A stretch of DNA of 64,000 nucleotides from Laetmonice hystrix (lineage: Eukaryota), in NCBI GenBank assembly GCA_965235115.1, contig OZ249436.1:43216001-43280000 (forward strand), read 5' to 3'. Position 1 is the stretch's first letter, and every line of letters begins with the position of its first letter. Shown in pieces: positions 1-9,603 of this stretch. The translations under genes and the position numbers were made by a program. The notes beneath the pieces are model-generated. The model saw nothing but the letters and a program-made list of their open reading frames with translations, was not told the origin of the DNA and made no database searches.

Positions 1-166
1 ACTACTCGGCCTAACCCCAGGCCACAGTAATAACATGGTTGACAAGTTTTTTGACCATGCTACTACTTCCAACTATTCCTTTATCTCTCAACCCTCAACC
101 GTTCAGCTCACAACAGAACCTCACACTGGTACGTACATTACATTAAATTACCTACACTTTAATGGC

Positions 167-390
167 CCTCCGGCGTCCCATAGGCCTACTAACCACACCT
201 CAGCACATACTTCAGTTGCAATGTCCACACCCCATTGTAACACACCTCCGGCGTCCCATAGGCCTAATAACCACACCTCAGCACATACTTCAGTTGCAAT
301 GTCCACACCCCATTGTAACACACCTCCGGCGTCCCATAGGCCTACTAACCACACCTCAGCACACAGTTGCAATGTCCTCACCTCATTGTA
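167..390. repeat. 78-bp tandem repeat, ~3 copies
   Basis: ctccggcgtcccataggcc recurs at 168, 246, 324. Confidence 0.9.
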
Positions 391-630
391 AGATAGTGTA
401 ACTCTTAATTGGTCGCGTGACGTTACTTTTATGTAGGAATTCTAATGCAAAGTTAAGAATTTGTTTTCACAGTAGGAAAAGCGTGCCAAACCTTTTCCTT
501 GAGTACCTAGACTACACATAGGCCTAGTATAGCTGATAGAGTCTACTATATTTGTTGCCCTGGTACCCAGGAGCCTGGCTGAGGTCTCCGCCCTACATGG
601 TTTCCAATGTCTTGTATGATTTAACCAACA

Positions 631-842
631 TACACCGCCAACAGCCGCCCATGTTAGCGATGGTCGTCGTTTACACCGCCAACAGCCGCCCGTGTTAGCG
701 ATGGCCGTCGTTTACACCGCCAACAGCCGCCCATGTTAGCGATGGCCGTCGTTTACTTGTATAGATCTAGGCGCCCGAAGGGCCAGATCTCAGGTGGGCC
801 AGATCTCAGGTGGGCCTGATCTCAGGTGGGCCAGATCTCAGT
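631..842. repeat. 41-bp x3 and 16-bp x4 tandem repeats
   Basis: tacaccgccaacagccgcc x3 (631-755); gggccagatctcaggt x4 (780-842). Confidence 0.85.
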
Positions 843-879
843 TAGGCCCACGGCCGGTATAGACCTACAATAATCAATT

Positions 880-1027
880 GACCGTCGTGGACAAAAGACT
901 ACGTATTCGAATATTATATCATAATGCCATCAGGTAACCATGGAGATATAAATAAGGTATCTAATGTAAGCATAAATATTCAAATATAATAACATGGTGT
1001 AATCGCGACTTTTGTCTACTACGGCCA
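880..1027. mobile_element. Small degenerate MITE-like inverted-repeat element
   Basis: gaccgtcgtggacaaaag ... cttttgtctactacggcc form an imperfect 18-bp inverted repeat. Confidence 0.4.
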
Positions 1028-1258
1028 ACCATGCACCGTCCTCATCGAAGGGTAGTGGTCGCCAACTCAGGACACTGCAGTCGGTTCTTCACCAGGCGGC
1101 GCCACTGGAGGCCTCTCAATCCTCCCTGCTCACAGACCACCAACGCTGGCCTCTAGTAGGCGCCACCTAGCGGCTGTCAAGTGAATCGCGTTTCGCGCGG
1201 AGACGAAAACATGCGAACATTGTCGAAGACTAACCGCCGAAAGTTTCCATAGTCAGAC

Positions 1259-3013
1259 CACAGAGTACCTACATACAGAGGTTTCACCTACGTCAAAATG
1301 CGTTCTAGGCCATCGCAGCGCCACCTATCGGGGTGGATGACGCTGCTGGCTCTACGTTGGGGACTAAAAGCTTAGCTTTTCTCACCTTGGGTGCTTAAAA
1401 CGCCCTCGCGGTGGGAATAATGAATCAATTCACTTGGAAATTGTTGCAAAGAAAACTAGAGATAATTGCCTTTTGTCTAGTCTGAAATTTATACAAATAG
1501 ATCAAAGAATTCTTTTTCTTACGGCCATTTGAAAATCATCAAAAAAGTATTAAAAACCCCGTAAAACTTGTGACCTAGAAAAACGTTCTACCTAGCAGCG
1601 CTTGCCACGCAAAATCGGTCGCGACGACCTATACAAAAAAGTATCCAGAATTATTCCCCACATCGTAAGGTCTTCACAGATGCCCTTCTTTTAGCGAGAC
1701 TCCTTATAGTTTTGGATACAGCAAGGTTTGTTTGGAAATTTAAAAGTTCCCCAAACTTTGTTAATGACGTTAAATATCCAGCAGAATCTAAGCTCTGCAC
1801 AGTGTAGCCGGATCAGGGGCCTACACTGTAGGCTACAGTGATGTTTACAGATGTATTATAATGCTGTAATTTTCTGAGAATATCTACTGACCTTTGTAAT
1901 CTCTGTTTCTGTAGTATTTTAATTTATCTTATCATAAAACGAGAGCTAGACAGAAAGATAGTGCAGTCTACGTTAGATCATCTAGCCTTCTTCTGTCTGT
2001 TGTTCCGCACGTCTTCTCTATGACGTAACAGACACTGATTTGACGAGGCACGCACTGTCTTTTTGATAGTGTAACATTGTAATATCAAGTATCAAAATAC
2101 GTAGTTAACTATACTATGATGTCACAAGTGACAATAAAAGCACAAACAGATCCAATCCAGGCTATAAAATTGTAGCCAGTGCGGATTACGAGGACGTGTT
2201 GACGTCCAGCCCAAGGCCAAGACACCCGGCCAGTACAGGTTTTTGAGCAGCAGCGCCCTAAAACGACCCGCAAAGATCTCTCAAAATGCCACAACTGGCA
2301 GTTGTGACTAGATCTACTGATGATTTTGTCATCAGATCAGTATGAACTACATACAGAGCATAGCCTTAGGCCTACATAGATAGCCCTACACCAACCACCC
2401 TTGCCTTGCCTACACCTCTCGTTCTAATATAGACACTGACTGTCATGCTTACCATCTTCAGCGGTTATTCGACGTCACGTTGCGTGATTTTAGGCCTCAA
2501 GGCAATGGTGTTTTTTTAAATTCAGCCGTTCTTTTCAGGATTATATTTGTGGTAGGCCTATATAAATTATCTTGACAAATTTGGTATTGACACAAAGCTA
2601 ATGTTATGGGGATTCAGACTGTATATCTTAACTTTTTTAGCCTTCAGAGTCTAGGGGTTTCAGTACATTATTGCAATATTGGCAAATGTACCGAGGCGAA
2701 CAGTTTGTGTAAAAGATTTCTTCAAATGTTCTTATTCACACTCTCGTAACAGCAAAATAATGTGTTTACAAGAAAAGTCACCTATATACTATGAAAGGAA
2801 ATTGTATGGGGAAGAGAATGATACCATACTTGTTTAGATTGCATTGTGATAGACTGAGTGTGCACCGTCTTAAAAGTCGTGCATTTTGCCTAGGCGGCTG
2901 TTGGGGCCGGCCGTTTCTGGGCTACCGTCATCCACGCCGCTAGGTGGCTGACGGAATGTAACGTCACAATAGAGCTCAATGACAGTGAAACTTCTGTATC
3001 TACCTATTCTGTG
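1259..3013. mobile_element. Non-autonomous P-superfamily-like DNA transposon with 7-bp TSD
   Basis: Imperfect ~28-bp TIRs CACAGAGTACCTACATACAGAGGTTTCAC / GTGAAACTTCTGTATCTACCTATTCTGTG; subterminal IRs at 1321-1342 and ~2926-2947; flanked by direct repeat GTCAGAC (1252-1258, 3014-3020); no transposase ORF. Confidence 0.72.
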
Positions 3014-3246
3014 GTCAGACCATGAGAACTCCTAACCCAAGCCGTCAGCCTTGACCTCAGACGTCGACCTTGACCCCCAGCCAGCCTTGACCCAATTCAG
3101 CCTTGACCCCAGGCTGCCTTGACCGCAATCTGCCGATCTATTTCAATCACCCTTCACCACTCATTGCTCCTCAGTGCTGCTAGTAATATCGTTAATGAGA
3201 TCAAGACAAAAAAAGTAATTAAGTTACAATAATTAATAACTATGCT

Positions 3247-3252
3247 TTTAAT
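3247..3252 (-). terminator. Candidate poly(A) signal (ATTAAA) of the START gene
   Basis: ATTAAA on the minus strand about 725 nt after the stop, followed about 30-40 nt downstream by a T-rich tract; motif evidence only. Confidence 0.25.
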
Positions 3253-3935
3253 CTAAGACTGTAAAAGCAGCTGCAGTCTACTATCACAAGGATGTATGGT
3301 CTAAACTGGAAGCCTGGTGCTCGCGGGTGACTGAAAGACGCCGACACTCATGGTAATCAAGGCTATCTACCTGGACTGCAGTCAAGGCACCCACCACGAC
3401 ATGGGCAGACACACATTCCAATATTCACAAAATAATGATAACACAGAAATTAATAACAACAATAATGATTATGATAAATAGTCTACAAATTTAAACATGC
3501 TAATACCAGACTAATATCTTCCGTTCCTTGGTTTGCTACTAGGCCTTCCCAGAGACTCATCAGTCGGGGCCTACAAATATCAGAAGCTTGTCTGATTGAG
3601 TACCTAATATTGGAAATACGGACCGCTCATAAATATTGATGGTGCTTCCTGGAAGTGTATTCTCATTTCATGTTGTGTTGTTTAGCATGGACAAGTTCGA
3701 AAAGGCTCGCGAAATATATATGCCATTCTATCAAATCTTGTAGATTAAAATCAGTGGCCTGAATTGTTTTTCCTAAATTGAATCTGATGCAGAGCCATCC
3801 TTTCCCCCAAAATGCTAGATCGAGATTTAGATTTACATTGATATGTCTCACGCTAACATGATTTTTCTATTAATAAATTGTCGATATTTAACAGGTGACA
3901 TACAGTGATCCCATGCTCACAACATTCACAACTAG

Positions 3936-3976
3936 GACGCCCTCTAGTGGCGTGTTGGGAGTCGCCAGGTGGCGCC
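3936..3976. promoter_or_regulatory. Divergent pair of CTCF-consensus motifs abutting the stop codon
   Basis: CCACTAGAGGGCGTC (minus, 3936-3950) and TCGCCAGGTGGCGCC (plus, 3962-3976). Confidence 0.45.
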
Positions 3977-4160
3977 TCAGTTGCCGTTCTCGTGCACGAC
4001 ATCGGCACCCTTCCAGTGCCCATCGTCTTGAAGCGCCTTTTTCAGCGAACTGAAGAAGTCACACATGTTGGATGGGAGGGCGCCCTCCACGAGGCTCTTG
4101 GGCAGCATGCCGCCTAGGTCTGTCTGAATGTAACTGGCAACTCGCGTCTTCTCGGGGTCA
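3977..4160 (-). CDS. START-domain protein (STARD4/5/6 subfamily, STARD5-like), last coding exon
   Basis: Acceptor ttgtctgtactcag|T GAC CCC; encodes DPEKTRVASYIQTDLGGMLPKSLVEGALPSNMCDFFSSLKKALQDDGHWKGADVVHENGN*, the typical START C-terminal YIQTDLxGxLP motif plus helix; phase joins previous exon (GA|T = Asp). Confidence 0.93.
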
Positions 4161-4785
4161 CTGAGTACAGACAAATACAAGTCATCAGATGGCAGCACAC
4201 ACTATCACGACGCTCCTATCATGACAGCGGGCTCACCCACTCATCCAAATCAAAACATTCCTTGCCGTTTGTCATTCATACACACAGTGGTGTCTTCCAT
4301 AAATAATGGACACTTCAAAAATCAAATCAGCTAGGACGAGGGATGGAGGCTTGGATATGGTGGCTGATCTCTCATGGAAATATAATTAGATAGGATGTAA
4401 TTGCCATCAGACATTATACAAGACCATAGAAGCTTTATTAACACGAACAATTCCCACTTTCTATTTACATTAAAACAATTATTATAAATGTGCGTGTATC
4501 TTGTTAATGATATTTCCCGCACCATAAACCCCGGCTCACTAGGCCGATTATTGCATGCCCGAATATAGTTGGATATGTAGACTCTCTACGGGGTATTAAA
4601 TTATACAACATACATTATGTTTTATATTCCAGTCATGTTTAACATTATCACTAGATACAGATCTATATTTTATGTAAAAAATCGTTATGCGTTTTTTTAA
4701 ATTTTTGTTCACTACGACGAACCATGCCAAAATCAGGCCTGACGTCAGCAGTCTTCACTCAATTTGAACTAATGGGCAACATACA

Positions 4786-4801
4786 CCGCCAGATGGCGCT
4801 A
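4786..4801 (+). promoter_or_regulatory. CTCF-consensus motif
   Basis: CCGCCAGATGGCGCTA matches CCASYAGRKGGCRS-type consensus closely. Confidence 0.45.
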
Positions 4802-5216
4802 ATGGTACTGTTTTTTGTTGTTGTTTTTGTTTTAAATTGGTTCTTTATTCTGGACAGCAGCTCGACCATATGGCGCGCTTCCAGCACAAAAGGTACACTA
4901 TACAGACATTATATTCTTCATTCTAAAACATGATAACAGGATATTGAGATAAATTTGGAAATCCTGAACGGCCACTGTCAATGATGCTCAAAAACACCCC
5001 TAGGCTACTTTAAGAAAAATTAAAATGGTCGCTTTAAAAGCTACGTCACAATCAAACTGGTCCTAAGATAAGATAACTCATATTTTGATTTGTCGCCTCG
5101 GATTTACTTTTTGAATCGCAGCCCGACTGGTGTCGCCGTCTGTCGTTATACACAAACAATGCTGGCAGAATATCGAAGCTGATTGAGGATAGATGTTAGA
5201 TAAATGTTAGACTTAC

Positions 5217-5310
5217 TCTGGCACCTTGTAACAAATGATGGCACACGGATAGTTGGTGCCCCGCACGTGGTCGGACGATGGTTGGCAGTCGGGGTGTTCA
5301 ACTCCCTCAG
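5217..5310 (-). CDS. START-domain protein, penultimate coding exon (94 nt; not in ORF track)
   Basis: ttgttttag|CT GAG GGA ... GTG CCA GA|gtaagt; encodes (A)EGVEHPDCQPSSDHVRGTNYPCAIICYKVP(D), matching the START VEHPxCP...VRGxNxPC motif. Confidence 0.92.
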
Positions 5311-5357
5311 CTAAAACAATCAAAATACAAAAACTATATAACGTCACGTATCATGAC

Positions 5358-5364
5358 AGAGAGA

Positions 5365-5395
<31 letters not shown>

Positions 5396-5631
5396 GCAGA
5401 GAGAGAGAGAGGATAGAGAGAGGGAGAGAGGCAGAGAGAGAGATAGAGAGGATAGAGAGAGGGGGAGAGAGAGACAGAGGCAGAGAGAGAGGATAGAGAG
5501 AGAGGGAGGTGGGGGAGAGAGAGGGGGAGGAGGGAGAGAGAGGAAGAGAGCGAGCGAGAGGAAGAGAGCGAGCGAGAGGGAGACAGAACGAAAGGGAGAG
5601 AGAGAGGGAGAGAGAGGGAGAGAGAGAGAGA

Positions 5632-5680
<49 letters not shown>

Positions 5681-5755
5681 AGAGAGAGAGAGACAGACAG
5701 ACAGTCAGACAGACAGATAGGCCTAGACATGCAGATAGGCAGAGCGAGAGAGAGA
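5358..5755. repeat. Compound (GA)n microsatellite
   Basis: Purine-rich GA/GGA/GACA runs just upstream of the exon 5217-5310 acceptor. Confidence 0.95.
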
Positions 5756-6370
5756 ACATTTCCCATTTTTCTGTGGATATGCCTGCGTTCATTTTGTCAA
5801 CTTGACAGCAAAGCACACCGAATACAATCATAGCCACCAATTCGGAAATTGGAATTGAAAATACGGAAAACATGGACGTAATATGGATGAACTCATGGTC
5901 GTTTTGTATCTTTTTAATAGGCCTACATAATGGTTTTGCTTGTTTTGTTTTCTTTTTAAATTCCTGATTCTGGCGGTTTCCGTATAGATTCGAGCCGCCT
6001 GAGTGTCATTCCGTACTGGCTTCCCATGCCCACGGTAACCATTCTACACCAATCGTCGTCACCCCACCCCCGGTCATCACCTCCCTACCCCCTGCGTCCC
6101 GACACCTGTCCCCCTGAGGCCACCACTCTATGGGCCGACTCTATGTACCCCCTGGCTCCCCCAGCCACCCCACCGCCCTTCCGTCATTCCGTCTCAGGTC
6201 GCTGACCTCAGTCGTGTGACCATGATAGGGTTAACCATACTGACCAACCACTGCAGATGGCAGACGGACACCCCACCACCCCACCCCGTCCCGACCCCCC
6301 CGGCGGGCAATACATCCTGGAAACACTTACCTCCGGCCTGTAGTATTGATTCCTTACGGTCGAGTTAACA

Positions 6371-6943
6371 GGAATATACTAGCCACAAATATCTCCCACT
6401 CTAGTTTGTGGTACATCAGTACATTGGCACATAGTTCTCATAGACAACATTAGGAATATACTAGCCACAAATATCTCCCACTCTAGTTTATGGTACATCA
6501 GTACATTGGCACATAGTTCTCATAGACAACATTAGGAATATACTAGCCACAAATATCTCCCACTCTAGTTTATGGTACATCAGTACATTGGCACATAGTT
6601 CTCATAGACAACATTAGGAATATACTAGCCACAAATATCTCCCACTCTAGTTTATGGTACATCAGTACATTGGCACATCGTTCTCATAGACAACATTAGG
6701 AATATACTAGCCACAAATATCTCCCACTCTAGTTTATGGTACATCAGTACATTGGTACATAGTTCTCATAGACAACATTAGGAATATACTAGCCACAAAT
6801 ATCTCCCACTCTAGTTTATGGTACATCAGTACATTGGTACATAGTTCTCATAGACAACATTAGGAATATACTAGCCACAAATATCTCCCACTCTAGTTTA
6901 TGGTACATCAAAACATTGGCACATAGTTCTCATAGACAACATT
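6371..6943. repeat. 82-bp minisatellite, ~7 copies
   Basis: ggaatatactagccacaaatatctcccactctag recurs every 82 bp. Confidence 0.95.
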
Positions 6944-9160
6944 CTTCAGGCCGGGGTGGGGTGACATGAGGAGGGGGCTTTTAAACAACATGATGGGTAT
7001 TGTATATGGCTGGCTCCAAACCGTGCTGGGGCATACAATTTTAAAAAGCTTCTCCACCCATTGTCATACAGAATGATGTATGTATATGTGTAGGTGTCCA
7101 CCCATTGTCATACAGAATGATGTATGTGTGTAGGTGTCCGCCCATTGTCATACAGAATGATGTATGTGTGTAGGTGTCCGCCCATTGTCATACAGAATGA
7201 TGTATGTGTGTAGGTGTCCGCCCATTATCATACAGAATGATGTATGTGTGTAGGTGTCCGCCCATTGTCATACAGAATGATGTATGTATATGTGTAGGTG
7301 CTCGCCCATTGTCATACAGAATGATGTATGTATATGTGTAGGCGTCCACCCATTGTCATACAGAATGATGTATGTATATGTGTAGGTGTCCACCCATTGT
7401 TATACAGAATGATGTATGTATATGTGTAGGCGTCCACCCATTGTCATACAGAATGATGTATGTATATGTGTAGGTGTCCACCCATTGTCATACAGAATGA
7501 TGTATGTGTGTAGGTGTCCGCCCATTGTCATACAGAATGATGTATGTATATGTGTAGGCGTCCACCCATTGTCATACAGAATGATGTATGTATATGTGTA
7601 GGCGTCCACCCATTGTCATACAGAATGATGTATGTATATGTGTAGGCGTCCACCCACTGTCATACAGAATGATGTATGTATATGTGTAGGCGTCCACCCA
7701 TTGTCATACAGAATGATGTGTGTATATGTGTAGGCGTCCACCCATTGTCATACAGAATGATGTATGTACATATATGTAGGTGTCCACCCATTGTCATACA
7801 GAATGATGTATGTATTATGTGTAGAGGTCCACCCATTGTCATACAAAATGATGTATGTATATGTGTAGGCGTCCACCCATTGTCATACAGAATGATGTAT
7901 GTACATATATGTAGGTGTCCACCCATTGTCATACAGAATGATGTATGTATTATGTGTAGAGGTCCACCCATTGTCATACAGAATGATGTATGTATGTGTG
8001 TAGGTGTCCACCCATTGTCATACAGAATGATGTATGTATGTGTAGGCGTCCACCCATTGTCATACAGAATGATGTATGTATATGTGTAGGTGTCCACCCA
8101 TTGTCATACAGAATGATGTATGTACATATATGTAGGTGTCCGCCAATTGTCATACAGAATGATGTATGTATATGTGTAGGCGTCCACCCATTGTCATACA
8201 GAATGATGTATATGTGTAGGTGTCCGCCCATTATCATACAGAATGATGTATGTACATATGTAGGTGTCCACCCATTGTCATACAGAATGATGTATGTATT
8301 ATGTGTAGAGGTCCACCCATTGTCATACAGAATGATGTATGTATATGTGTAGGTGTCCACCCATTGTCATACAGAATGATGTATGTATTATGTGTAGAGG
8401 TCCGCCCATTGTCATACAGAATGATGTATACATGTACATATATGTAGGTGTCAGCCCATTGTCATACAGAATGATGTATATATATATGTGTAGGTGTCCA
8501 CCCATTGTCATACAGAATGATGTATGTATATGTGTAGGTGTCCGCCCATTGTTATACAGAATGATGTATGTATATGTGTAGGTGCTCGCCCATTGTCATA
8601 CAGAATGATGTATGTATATGTGTAGGCGTCCACCCATTGTCATACAGAATGATGTATGTATATGTGTAGGTGTCCACCCATTGTCATACAGAATGATGTA
8701 TGTATATGTGTAGGTGTCCACCCATTGTCATACAGAATGATGTATGTATATGTGTAGGCGTCCACCCATTGTCATACAGAATGATGTATGTATATGTGTA
8801 GGTGTCCACCCATTGTTATACAGAATGATGTATGTATATGTGTAGGCGTCCACCCATTGTCATACAGAATGATGTATGTATATGTGTAGGTGTCCACCCA
8901 TTGTCATACAGAATGATGTATGTGTGTAGGTGTCCGCCCATTGTCATACAGAATGATGTATGTATATGTGTAGGTGTCCACCCATTGTCATACAGAATGA
9001 TGTATGTATATGTGTAGGTGTCCACCCATTGTCATAGAGAATGATGTATGTATATGTGTAGGCGTCCACCCATTGTCATACAGAATGATGTATGTATTTT
9101 TCTTTTGAAATGCACGGGCATCAGGGGTAACCCAATTACTTTGACAATGTCCCTAAAGAG

Positions 9161-9270
9161 AAAAGTTGTATAGTCCTCTACAGGAATCGAACCCAGGCCC
9201 TAAGATTACTGCACCCATTCGCATAGCATAAGGTGTCGACATCCATGCCCACTAGGCCACCGCCACTCCC
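9161..9270 (-). ncRNA. tRNA-like Pol III cassette, copy 1
   Basis: A box TGGCCTAGTGG (9249-9259), B box GGTTCGATTCC (9183-9193), TTTT terminator at 9161-9164; acceptor stem does not pair, so not a bona fide tRNA. Confidence 0.5.
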
Positions 9271-9493
9271 CTAAAAAAGGAGCTTTGGTGGTCGAGCAGG
9301 ACAATGGACCCTCCCCCTACACACATCTTTTTGAAATGAGACGGAATCCATATTTTCCTAGTTAGAGCTACACATGATTTCTACCGAACATTGACTGTTA
9401 AGGTAATCCTGGCACTGGCGTAGACTGTATTTTTCTTTTGAAATGCACGGGCATCAGGGGTAACCCAATTACTTTGACAATGTCCCTAAAGAG

Positions 9494-9603
9494 AAAAGTT
9501 GTATAGTCCTCTACAGGAATCGAACCCAGGCCCTAAGATTACTGCACCCATTCGCATAGCATAAGGTGTCGACATCCATGCCCACTAGGCCACCGCCACT
9601 CCC
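9494..9603 (-). ncRNA. tRNA-like Pol III cassette, copy 2
   Basis: Identical to 9161-9270 at +333 bp. Confidence 0.5.

Noticed and set aside
5278..5873. ER- and SL-rich ORFs (also 18881-19261, 21522-22036, 46730-47711)
   Set aside because: (GA)n/(CT)n microsatellite artefacts.
9161..9270. Functional tRNA gene
   Set aside because: A and B boxes are present but there is no paired acceptor stem or canonical anticodon arm; treated as tRNA-like.
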